Part shown: positions 39,208 to 47,447 of the stretch, piece by piece | How positions within the stretch are numbered: position 1 is the stretch's first letter | Layout of the letters: each line of letters starts with the position of its first letter | Assembly (NCBI GenBank): GCA_903879335.1 | Contig: CAIRLC010000022.1 | Location: 177,737-241,736, forward strand | Source: an uncultured Pseudomonadota bacterium | Lineage (GTDB): Bacteria; Pseudomonadota; Gammaproteobacteria; Steroidobacterales; Steroidobacteraceae | Direction of reading: 5' to 3' | Length of the DNA stretch: 64,000 bases | The notes under the pieces: generated by a model | What the model was told of the DNA's origin: nothing | The model's database searches: none | The model's input: only the letters and a program-made list of their open reading frames with translations | Translations under genes and position numbers: made by a program

Positions 39208-39813
39208 TTATTTGGCCGGTGCGGAGCCGAAATCTACGACTGGAGGCTTCTCGAGGACGGCTTCATTCTCGACCGTAAAATTTGGCTTGATTGATGCGTG
39301 GAACATCATCGCCGTCAAATTCGTCGGGAACTGACGAATCGTAGTGTTGTATTCCTGAACAGACTGAATATAGCGATTACGCGCCACAGTAATACGATTT
39401 TCCGTGCCTTCGAGCTGCACCTGCAGGTCGCGGAAATTCTGGTCCGACTTCAATTGTGGGTAATTCTCCGACACGACTAGAAGTCGCGACAAAGCGCTGG
39501 ATACCTCACCTTGAGCGCGCTGAAAGCTGCGCAGTGACGCCTCATCGTCCGGCTTTACCGTGATTGAGGTCGCCTTAGCCCGAGCCTCGGTCACGCCAAT
39601 CAGCACAGCTTGCTCCTGCTGCGCATAGCCTTTTACCGTGTTCACCAAATTCGGGATCAGATCTGCGCGACGCTGATACTGATTGAGCACTTCAGACCAA
39701 TTGGCTTTGGTCTGCTCGTCTAAAGATTGGATCTGGTTATAACCGCAACCGGCTAGTGGCGCTAACAACAGCAACATGCACAGACGAACAATCATTCGGG
39801 ACGCGGTAAACAT
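39208..39813 (-). CDS. lemA: LemA family lipoprotein
   Basis: A lipobox is present (LLLLAPLAGC|GYN). The LemA core reads ...QRRADLIPNLVNTVKGYAQQEQ...LLVVSENYPQLKSDQNFRDLQVQLEGTENRI.... The start is taken at MFTASRM. Confidence 0.88.
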   Translation of the reverse strand: MFTASRMIVRLCMLLLLAPLAGCGYNQIQSLDEQTKANWSEVLNQYQRRADLIPNLVNTVKGYAQQEQAVLIGVTEARAKATSITVKPDDEASLRSFQRAQGEVSSALSRLLVVSENYPQLKSDQNFRDLQVQLEGTENRITVARNRYIQSVQEYNTTIRQFPTNLTAMMFHASIKPNFTVENEAVLEKPPVVDFGSAPAK

Positions 39814-40093
39814 GAGGACTCCTTCCTGCCATGAATTACAGTCACACCGAGTATATGCGTCCACCGGTACGGCAACACAAGAGCCACGAATCGAAAGCTT
39901 TGGGCCGGGTTCCTTTCGCGTTGGGAACCGTCGTGGTCAATTTGCAGCCTACTGGATGGATCACCCTGCGCAATCGCCTTTAACCATGAACATTTTGGGC
40001 AAGGCCCGGACGACGAAGAACGAGCTTGCGTAAGAACGCACCAATGCAGCGCAGCGGACACTGCATAGGAAGTCGTAGCAAGTGCATTCGGTC

Positions 40094-40123
40094 AAAAAAA
40101 AACCCCGGATCTTAGATCCGAGG
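40094..40123 (-). terminator. Rho-independent terminator (minus strand)
   Basis: On the minus strand the sequence is CCTCGGATC-TAA-GATCCGGGG followed by nine U. It lies 47 nt downstream of the 40170 stop codon. Confidence 0.7.
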
Positions 40124-40169
40124 TTCAGAAAGCGGACTCCGATTACGTGAGGACAGTCCGCCAGGGGAT

Positions 40170-40364
40170 TCAGTGCAACCTTGACCAGTGCGTGACCTGT
40201 ACCGATTCCGCGTCCAAAGAAAGTTCCCGCGCGATTAATCGACCCAGTGAGTTCGGGCTAGTGGTCTCCCGATCCTTGCCATTCAGTTCAATAATCCCGC
40301 CGTATTCGCATTGGCCTCGATTTTCGAGATCAGCGATGAAGCGGGCGTATAACTTCAGGCTCAT
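40170..40364 (-). CDS. hypothetical 64-aa protein, or alternatively the body of a small RNA
   Basis: The ORF encodes MSLKLYARFIADLENRGQCEYGGIIELNGKDRETTSPNSLGRLIARELSLDAESVQVTHWSRLH and has no obvious SD. It is followed by a 7-bp hairpin (GCGGACT...AGTCCGC) and the terminator at 40094-40123. No family was recognised. Confidence 0.3.
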   Translation of the reverse strand: MSLKLYARFIADLENRGQCEYGGIIELNGKDRETTSPNSLGRLIARELSLDAESVQVTHWSRLH

Positions 40365-40420
40365 GGGATTAGGTTAAGGCCGCCACGGCGTAGAATCTGT
40401 GATCTAGATCGCAAAGTCAG

Positions 40421-40939
40421 ATGGAGACCATCATGGGTCGTTGGCGACCACCCCAGCCTCAGGGTTCTCAATACAGCACGCCGGCGGGCGCAGAGCGGAT
40501 GCGGATGGAGCTAGACATGCTTTGGCGAGTTGAGCGCCCGCAGGTGACGCAAGCGGTATCTGAGGCCGCCGCCCAGGGCGATCGCTCAGAGAACGCCGAG
40601 TACACCTATGGGAAGAAGCGTTTGCGCGAGATTGATCGTCGAGTTCGTTTCCTACGCAAACGGTTAGATGGACTCGTCATTGTCGACGCCCCGCCGTCGA
40701 ATCGTAGCCGGGTTTATTTCGGCGCATGGATCGATCTGGAGGATTCCGCAGGGGCCTTTCACACCTATCGGATCGTCGGTCCCGATGAATTCGATATGGA
40801 TCCTTGCTTCATCAGCATGGATGCCCCATTGGCCCGCGCCTTGCTTGGGAAGCAGCTCGACGACGAAATCGAGGTTCCCATTGCAGGTCGGCCGCGCTAC
40901 ACCATCGTTGATGTGCGCTATACCGAACCTGGGACCTGA
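40421..40939 (+). CDS. greB: transcription elongation factor GreB
   Basis: The sequence ...LWRVERPQVTQAVSEAAAQGDRSENAEYTYGKKRLREIDRRVRFL...FGAWIDLED...YRIVGPDE... is colinear with E. coli GreB. An alternative ATG lies at 40433. Confidence 0.9.
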   Translation: METIMGRWRPPQPQGSQYSTPAGAERMRMELDMLWRVERPQVTQAVSEAAAQGDRSENAEYTYGKKRLREIDRRVRFLRKRLDGLVIVDAPPSNRSRVYFGAWIDLEDSAGAFHTYRIVGPDEFDMDPCFISMDAPLARALLGKQLDDEIEVPIAGRPRYTIVDVRYTEPGT

Positions 40940-40947
40940 AAAGCAAA

Positions 40948-40979
40948 ACGGCCGCCATGGCAATGACCATGGCGGCCGT
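40948..40979 (-). terminator. perfect 13-bp hairpin between convergent greB and the homospermidine synthase gene
   Basis: ACGGCCGCCATGG (40948-40960) and CCATGGCGGCCGT (40967-40979) flank a 6-nt loop. On the minus strand it is followed by UUUGCUUUUC. The plus-strand side lacks a U-tract. Confidence 0.55.
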
Positions 40980-40995
40980 CTGGACTCGGTTCAGA

Positions 40996-42426
40996 TCAAA
41001 CGCGAACGTTCTTGAACTGCCACGGATCCGAGGTGTCCAACTCCTCCGGGAAGAGCCGCGCGCGATCCACCAATGGATTCCAGTCAGTGTATTCGCCGAC
41101 CACTTTTCCGAGGTAAGGCAAGCAAATCTCAAGGTTCCGCTTGTAGTCCATCTCGTCTGGCTCGACGAGGCCACGCTGCGGATTCTCGATTGCCCAGACC
41201 ATACCGGACAAGACGGCAACGGTAACTTGCAGGCTAGTTGCGTTGTTATACGGCGCGAGTTCGCGGGCCTCATCGATCGACAACTGTGATCCATACCAGT
41301 AGGCATTTTTGGCATGGCCGGCGACCAGCACACCTAACTCATCCATGCCGCCTGGCAAGATCTCGTTGAGGAGAATCCGCTTTTCCGGCTGGTCGCGCCA
41401 GTTGCGCCCGGCAAACTCATGGATCGACATGACCGCAGAATCGGACGGGTGATAGGAATAGTGGCAGGTTGGACGATAAACGACCTGCTCTCCATCCCGC
41501 ACGGTGTAGTAATCGGAGATGGAGATGGCTTCGCTGTGCGTAATCAGAAAGCCATGAATGTGTCCGGCCTTCGGCGCCCACGTGCGCACCTTGGTCGCAG
41601 CGCCCGGCTGCATCAAATAAATGGCCGCGCCGGTCCCGAAGTTATGGGTACGTCCATCGGGCGGCAGGCTCTTCTCGTGCGTGCCCCACCCCAGTTCGGC
41701 GGGCTGGCTACCTTCGCTGATGAAGCCGTCGACCGACCAGGTGTTGACGAACTCGCCAACCTTTTTCGGGATGCTCGGCACTTGAGTGTCGCGTTCGGCC
41801 ACATGCACGACTTTGACGCCCAGCTTATGCGCCAAATTCGCCCAATCCTCACGACTGGTCGGCTCACCGGCCTCAACCCCCGTGTCGCGGGCAATATTCA
41901 GCAGCGCCTGCTTCAGGAAGTGTGAGACCAACCCGGGGTTCGCACCATGGGTGAGCACCGCCGTCGGATGCGAGGCGGTGTCTGCACCGTCGTGTCGCAA
42001 CTGCAGGGCGGCATGGCGCATGGCGTAGTTGCTACGGGCGGCCGGATCGACCGCGGTATCCACGTAACCGCCGGCCCAAGGCTCGATGCAGGTGTCGAGA
42101 TATAGAGCGCCGCGCTCACGCGCGAACTTCACCAACTCGATCGAGGACACATCCACCGACAGGTTCAGCAAGAAGTCACCCGGACCCAGCAGCGGCTCCA
42201 ATACAGCGCGGTAATTGTCCGGCTTGATGGGCTGAACGACGTATTTCACGCCGAAATCAGCGGCGCAGCCGATACCTGCTTCATCAGCAGTCACGATCGT
42301 AATTCGATCCGACGTGAGGCCGCCGATATGGCGAAGGATAAGCGGCAATACGCCACGCCCGATGCTGCCGAAACCGACGAATACAAGACGACCACTAAAC
42401 TGTGTATGGACCGTGTGGTTGGTCAT
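40996..42426 (-). CDS. hss: homospermidine synthase
   Basis: The start MTNHTVHTQFSGRLVFVGFGSIGRG... includes a Rossmann motif and gives 476 aa. The pattern ...LNLSVDVSS...ALYLDTCIEPWAGGY... is typical of bacterial Hss. Confidence 0.82.
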   Translation of the reverse strand: MTNHTVHTQFSGRLVFVGFGSIGRGVLPLILRHIGGLTSDRITIVTADEAGIGCAADFGVKYVVQPIKPDNYRAVLEPLLGPGDFLLNLSVDVSSIELVKFARERGALYLDTCIEPWAGGYVDTAVDPAARSNYAMRHAALQLRHDGADTASHPTAVLTHGANPGLVSHFLKQALLNIARDTGVEAGEPTSREDWANLAHKLGVKVVHVAERDTQVPSIPKKVGEFVNTWSVDGFISEGSQPAELGWGTHEKSLPPDGRTHNFGTGAAIYLMQPGAATKVRTWAPKAGHIHGFLITHSEAISISDYYTVRDGEQVVYRPTCHYSYHPSDSAVMSIHEFAGRNWRDQPEKRILLNEILPGGMDELGVLVAGHAKNAYWYGSQLSIDEARELAPYNNATSLQVTVAVLSGMVWAIENPQRGLVEPDEMDYKRNLEICLPYLGKVVGEYTDWNPLVDRARLFPEELDTSDPWQFKNVRV

Positions 42427-42608
42427 AATTGTGTGAACCCTACCTAGACTGTGCAAAGGCGCCAAAACGGAGACCCGGACGTGCCGGCGCAATCCCGCAG
42501 GGGCGCTGCCGCCCAAGGGGGGCGTCACTGTACCTGATTAGTGCGGGTGATGCCGACCTCAAGCAGCGCTTCAGGCTACACTGGGTCGTTGAGCTCGTGG
42601 AGGCCCAA

Positions 42609-43457
42609 ATGGACTATCAAACGCTGATCGACGTCGCAACGCTGCGCGGCAGGCTTGCGCAGCCGCTGACCCGGGTCATTGATTGCCGCTTTGAACTCGG
42701 TCAACCCGAGGTCGGACTCAGTTTGTACCTCGGCGGACACATCCCCGGCGCGCTGTATGCGCACTTGGACGAAGATCTCGCGGGGCCACGAACGCCATGG
42801 AGCGGACGTCATCCGCTACCGGATCCATCTCAACTGGCCGCCACATTTTGCCGTTTTGGCATCGATGCGGACGTCCAAGTGGTGGCGTACGATGATTCGG
42901 GCGGCGCCTACGCGGCCCGCCTTTGGTGGCTTTTGCGCTGGCTAGGACACCGCCGAGTGGCCGTGCTCGATGGCGGTTTCGGCGCATGGAAAACGGCGGG
43001 ACTGCCCACTTCGGTACCCGCCCCAACGGTAGCGGCCAGGAATTTTCAGGCGCAGCCCAGCACGGTCGCGCACGTCACGGGCGACGAGTTAGCGGAATTA
43101 CTGGCGGAGCAACGCTGCACTTTGCTGGATGCTCGCTCGGCAGAGCGGTTTGAAGGCCGCGTGGAGCCCTTAGATCCTCGCGCCGGACACATCCCGGGCG
43201 CCCAGAGCTTCCACTTCGCCCGCAATCTGGACGGCGCAGGGCATTTCCTGCCGGCCAATGAGTTGGCAGAACGATTTCGTCGCGCTCTTCGAGGCCGACC
43301 CGCCGAATCCGTGGTCGCCATGTGCGGATCGGGGGTGACTGCTTGTCACAATCTATTAGCCCTCGAGATTGCCGGGCTCGGCGGCGGCAGGCTGTACGCC
43401 GGCAGCTTCAGCGAATGGTCACGCGATGCCGCACGCCCGGTGGCCACTGGCCCTTAG
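42609..43457 (+). CDS. sseA: 3-mercaptopyruvate / thiosulfate sulfurtransferase (tandem rhodanese)
   Basis: Two rhodanese domains are present, with the active-site loop MCGSGVTACH. The start is taken at MDYQTLID. The ORF-track start at 42429 lies in the divergent promoter region. Confidence 0.88.
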   Translation: MDYQTLIDVATLRGRLAQPLTRVIDCRFELGQPEVGLSLYLGGHIPGALYAHLDEDLAGPRTPWSGRHPLPDPSQLAATFCRFGIDADVQVVAYDDSGGAYAARLWWLLRWLGHRRVAVLDGGFGAWKTAGLPTSVPAPTVAARNFQAQPSTVAHVTGDELAELLAEQRCTLLDARSAERFEGRVEPLDPRAGHIPGAQSFHFARNLDGAGHFLPANELAERFRRALRGRPAESVVAMCGSGVTACHNLLALEIAGLGGGRLYAGSFSEWSRDAARPVATGP

Positions 43458-43832
43458 CTCACGGCATGGAATTTTAAGTGTTCATTGCAGTCTCGGCAGT
43501 GGCGAGGCCCACTTAACCCGACGGGGGTCTTGTGCAGCGCACGAAAAAAGTCATTGACTTTTTGATCAAAAATTGCGCGCCGGAAATTCCCGGCGTAGGA
43601 TCAGGTGCGGTTGTATTCGCGACGTCTGATTCTGGAGGGGGGTTCGGGCTAGCTGATTGGGCGAAATCACGCTCAGTGCGGCAGGCCTTGCACGATTCCC
43701 CCGCACGAGTTAAACCAGCGCACGACCTACGGTTCGGGCAAAGCCGGCTTGCTGGCAAGTCCGTGTGAAGAGGGACGCGATGCGGCTGGGCTCACGCCCG
43801 AGCCCACGCCTGCAAGTGAGTGAGAAGACTCG

Positions 43833-44201
43833 ATGACGACCATTTACGTGGGTAATCTTCCGTTCTCAGCGACCGAAGATGAAGTGCGCTCGCTGTTCGA
43901 GGGTCACGGGAAAGTAGAATCGGTGAAGATCATCATGGATCGCGAAACAGGCCGCCCCCGCGGCTTCGCGTTCGTAGAGATGTCGAGCACCGACGCGCAA
44001 ACCGCGATCGCTCAAACTAACGGCTTCAACATGGGCGGCCGCCCGCTGCGCGTGAACGAAGCGCAAGAACGGCCTCGTGGTCCACGCCCCGGTGGTGGCG
44101 GCGGCGGTCGTGGTGGCTATGGCGGCGGCGGCTACGGTGGTGGCGGCGGCGGTGGCGGCTACGGTGGCGGTGGCGGCTACGGTGGCGGCAACAGCTACTG
44201 A
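43833..44201 (+). CDS. RRM-type RNA-binding protein with Gly/Tyr-rich tail
   Basis: RNP2 (IYVGNL) and RNP1 (RGFAFVEM) are present. The C-terminus reads GGGGGRGGYGGGGYGGGGGGGGYGGGGGYGGGNSY. Confidence 0.9.
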   Translation: MTTIYVGNLPFSATEDEVRSLFEGHGKVESVKIIMDRETGRPRGFAFVEMSSTDAQTAIAQTNGFNMGGRPLRVNEAQERPRGPRPGGGGGGRGGYGGGGYGGGGGGGGYGGGGGYGGGNSY

Positions 44202-44220
44202 CCTCCTCGGGCCACGCAGC

Positions 44221-44252
44221 AAAAAAACCCCGCACTTTGGCGGGGTTTTTTT
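44221..44252 (+). terminator. Rho-independent terminator, potentially bidirectional
   Basis: The sequence is A7-CCCCGC-ACTTTG-GCGGGG-T7. It begins 20 nt after the RRM gene stop. Confidence 0.85.
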
Positions 44253-44357
44253 ATATCAGAATCCCAAAAATCTTATGGACACGCGGCCCAGAACGATATG
44301 GGGCCCAATACAGTGCGTCGCCGGCCTAGAATCTACAGAGTCCTCCGGAGTCTGACC

Positions 44358-45272
44358 ATGCGAACCCTACCGATTCGTCTTGCCATCGCCACCGCCGCCC
44401 TAGCGGTCGCTGCCTGCACTCATACCCCTGCACCCTCGCAATCCACCACCGCCACGCCGACGGCTTTACCGTCGCCCGTTAAGCGCAGCCAGGCACCTGC
44501 TGTGAGCGACGCAGAGACACTGACGGCGCTGGATAGAGCCATCAGTAGCCCATCGCGATCGGAAAATAACCGCGCGCGGGACGGGGCCCGACATCCGCGC
44601 GAAACCTTGCAGTTTTTTGGACTGCGCGCGGATATGACGGTGATGGAAGTCTGGCCCGGTGGCAGTGGCTGGTATGCAGAGATCCTCGCGCCGGTCTTGC
44701 GCGATCACGGTCACTACATCGCCGCCGAGCACGACCCGCAAAGCAGCGCGTATGCACAAGAAAATGTGCGCGCCCTACGCGCAAAGTTTGATGCCACTCC
44801 GGAGATCTACGGAAAAGCCACGATCGTGGCGCTGCAGGCACCGAATGCGCTAACACCCGTGCCGGCGGGGTCCGTCGATCTCGTACTAACCTTCCGCAAT
44901 TTACACAACTGGCTATGGAAAGCGGATGCCACGCCCGCCATGCTCAAGGCCATGTATACGGCACTCAAGCCCGGCGGCATTTTAGGTATCGTCGATCATC
45001 GCGCGGATCCAATGGCCCCCGTCGATGTCACTGCCAAACTCGGCTACGTCAACGAACACTTAGCGATCGAACTGGCTGAACAAGCGGGCTTCGAATTCTT
45101 GGGATCGTCTGAAGTGAACGCCAATCCGCGAGATACGCGGGACTATGATCAAGGTGTGTGGACACTGCCACCCACGTATCGACTCGGCGACAAAGATCGA
45201 GAACGCTACACAGCCATCGGTGAGTCGGATAGATTCACTTTACGCTTCCGAAAGCCGTTAACTGCAAAATAA
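44358..45272 (+). CDS. lipoprotein-type exported class I SAM-methyltransferase-fold protein (paralogue of 6780-7574)
   Basis: A lipobox is present (LAVAAC|THTP). The core reads ...VMEVWPGGSGWYAEIL...LTFRNLHNW...ALKPGGILGI...EVNANPRDTRDY...GVWTLPP..., which aligns block for block with the 6780 gene. Confidence 0.75.
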   Translation: MRTLPIRLAIATAALAVAACTHTPAPSQSTTATPTALPSPVKRSQAPAVSDAETLTALDRAISSPSRSENNRARDGARHPRETLQFFGLRADMTVMEVWPGGSGWYAEILAPVLRDHGHYIAAEHDPQSSAYAQENVRALRAKFDATPEIYGKATIVALQAPNALTPVPAGSVDLVLTFRNLHNWLWKADATPAMLKAMYTALKPGGILGIVDHRADPMAPVDVTAKLGYVNEHLAIELAEQAGFEFLGSSEVNANPRDTRDYDQGVWTLPPTYRLGDKDRERYTAIGESDRFTLRFRKPLTAK

Positions 45273-45285
45273 AACAAGTCCAGCT

Positions 45286-47349
45286 TCAGTCCCAGAAACT
45301 GCGCAATTTAGCAGCAACGTCTACGACTACGGCCGCCCCACTCGCATCAGTGGGTTCGGCCAGCAGCGGCGCTGATGCGATGCCTGCATTAATGCACTCC
45401 AAGGTTTCCAATACCGGCGCGGTTAAGAAACGGCTGCGAGCTCCATACACATGAGCATCGCCATATTTAGGCTGCTGAGTCACGTAGTACTTCAGTGGAG
45501 CAACCAGATGCAGCGACTCTCGGGCTCTAGTCATCGCGACATACAGTAAGCGACGCTCCTCATCGATTAACTCACTCGAGGCACCGGCGAATTCAGATGG
45601 GAAATTGCCGTCGTTTACGTTGAGAACAAAAACATCATTCCATTCCTGCCCTTTGGCAGAATGAACCGTTGATAGCACCAGATAATCTTCATCCAGCAAG
45701 GGCGGACCTGACTCGTCGCCGCTGGCTTGTGGCGGATCGAGCGCCAATTCCGTCAGAAATTTCTCGCGTGAAGTATAGCCTCCAGCAATACGCGTCAATT
45801 GTTCTAAGTCACCGGCGCGCACGGCAGCTGCGTCATACAAACGCTCAAGATGCGGCCGATACCAATCACGCACGGCTTCCACCTGACCGAGCCAAGGCGT
45901 CCGTGGGTCCGCCAGTCTCTCGAGGAGTAGGCAGAAGATTTGCCAATACGCCCGCGCGGCAGGAGGCGCTGAAAATGTTGCGAGTGCTTCATGCAAAGTG
46001 CGGCCGGCCGCGATCGGCTCTAGACAGCGCGCGCTGTATCCAGGACCCATGCCCGGCAATAACTGTAAGGCGCGAAAAGCTGCAATCTGATGGCGGGGGT
46101 TATCGGCCCAGCGAAGCACTGAGAGTAGATCTTTGACGTGCGCGGCCTCGAGAAATTTAAGACCCCCATATTTGACGAAGGGGATATTCCTTCGAGTCAG
46201 TTCCAGCTCCAGCAGGTCACTGTGATGACTAGAACGGAATAAAACAGCTTGTCGCTTGAGGGGTATGCCGGCTTCCCGGGATGCGAGCACTGAGTCGATG
46301 ACATAGTCCGCTTGCGCCCGATCATCCATCACTGTGACCAGGCGCGGCCGAGCCTGACCGAGCCGATGTGCTCGCAGCGACTTATCATGCCGACGCTCGG
46401 CTTCGCGTAACAAAGCATTGGCGGCATCGAGAATGGGCTGCGTGGATCGGTAGTTCTCCTCCAAGGCGACCACTCGGGCAGGAGGACTGAAACGGTTCGG
46501 GAAGTCGAGAATGTTCTCCACAGTGGCCGCACGAAACGAGTAGATCGACTGGGCATCATCGCCGACGACCGTCAACCCTCGACCGTCGGGGCGCAGCGCA
46601 TGCAAGATTTCGGCTTGCAGGCGGTTTGTATCCTGATATTCGTCAACCAAGACATGGTCAAAGCGAGCCGCCATGTCACGAGCGAGTGCGGGCTCAGTCA
46701 CGAGCCCATGCCAGTAGAGCAATAGGTCGTCGTAGTCGAGCACTTGGTCGGCTTGTTTGCGTGCCACATAGGCACGGAACAAGCGCAGCAAGTCATCTTC
46801 ATAGGGCAAGCACCACGGCCATTGCGTCTGCAGCGTGTTTGTCAGCGAGCCTTGCGTATTGACCCGATGCGAGTAGATGGCGAGACATGTGTCTTTACGT
46901 GGGAAGCGTTTATCCTTACCGGCAAAACCCAACTCATGGCGGACGACATCAAGCAAATCTGCGCTATCGGCCCGGTCCATGACACTGAAGGCTGGATCCA
47001 ATCCCACCGAGCGCCCGTGTAAGCGCAGCAATCGATTACCCATCGCGTGGAAGGTACCCGCCCAAGGCAACCGCACCGGACCAGCCCCCAAGCCTGATCC
47101 AATCCGCTCAACCCGTCGCGTCATCTCCTGAGCCGCCCGGCGGGAAAAAGTCAGCAACAGAATCCGGCCGGGGTCGACGCCAGACAAAACCAAGTGCGCG
47201 ACACGGTGGGCCAGTGTCGCAGTCTTTCCAGTGCCTGCGCCCGCAATCACCAGGAGGGGCCCTGCCTCGACGGCACGACCAACGACCCGGCCATGGGTCG
47301 CAGCCGCTCTTTGCGCTAGGTTCAGTGCGTCAAAAGGATCTACCGCCAT
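45286..47349 (-). CDS. UvrD/Rep-family ATP-dependent DNA helicase
   Basis: Walker A (AGAGTGKT), DEYQDTN, ...ENYRST... and the C-terminal ...STVHSAKGQEW...YVAMTRAR... are present. The ATG at 47349 is preferred because the longer GTG start at 47397 lies in AT-rich, promoter-like sequence. Confidence 0.85.
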   Translation of the reverse strand: MAVDPFDALNLAQRAAATHGRVVGRAVEAGPLLVIAGAGTGKTATLAHRVAHLVLSGVDPGRILLLTFSRRAAQEMTRRVERIGSGLGAGPVRLPWAGTFHAMGNRLLRLHGRSVGLDPAFSVMDRADSADLLDVVRHELGFAGKDKRFPRKDTCLAIYSHRVNTQGSLTNTLQTQWPWCLPYEDDLLRLFRAYVARKQADQVLDYDDLLLYWHGLVTEPALARDMAARFDHVLVDEYQDTNRLQAEILHALRPDGRGLTVVGDDAQSIYSFRAATVENILDFPNRFSPPARVVALEENYRSTQPILDAANALLREAERRHDKSLRAHRLGQARPRLVTVMDDRAQADYVIDSVLASREAGIPLKRQAVLFRSSHHSDLLELELTRRNIPFVKYGGLKFLEAAHVKDLLSVLRWADNPRHQIAAFRALQLLPGMGPGYSARCLEPIAAGRTLHEALATFSAPPAARAYWQIFCLLLERLADPRTPWLGQVEAVRDWYRPHLERLYDAAAVRAGDLEQLTRIAGGYTSREKFLTELALDPPQASGDESGPPLLDEDYLVLSTVHSAKGQEWNDVFVLNVNDGNFPSEFAGASSELIDEERRLLYVAMTRARESLHLVAPLKYYVTQQPKYGDAHVYGARSRFLTAPVLETLECINAGIASAPLLAEPTDASGAAVVVDVAAKLRSFWD

Positions 47350-47447
47350 AGTCGTGATTATCCCGTCGAACTGTATACTTATCCAGTTATTCTCCACTGA
47401 TACACTGCGCCTGCGGCATTTGGCCGCCTGCTCCCGGATTCCTGACG

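Noticed and set aside
39776-40061. Two overlapping ORFs (39776-40033 on + and 39792-40061 on -) lie in the lemA upstream region.
   Set aside because: They have no SD and no recognisable domains, they overlap each other and the lemA start, and their composition is unlike neighbouring genes. I treat the region as the lemA promoter and leader.
40391-40400. A perfect palindrome GATCTAGATC (two GATC sites) lies just upstream of greB.
   Set aside because: It is too short to be statistically meaningful on its own. It is mentioned only as context for the divergent small transcription unit.
45286-47349. The stand-alone UvrD-like helicase was considered as a possible anti-phage defence gene.
   Set aside because: There is no adjacent nuclease, methylase, ATPase partner or mobile-element marker. 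The neighbours are housekeeping genes (membrane protein, NUDIX, HAD). The sequence looks like the conserved chromosomal UvrD/PcrA-related helicase class. I cannot exclude a defence role, but nothing in the sequence supports one.
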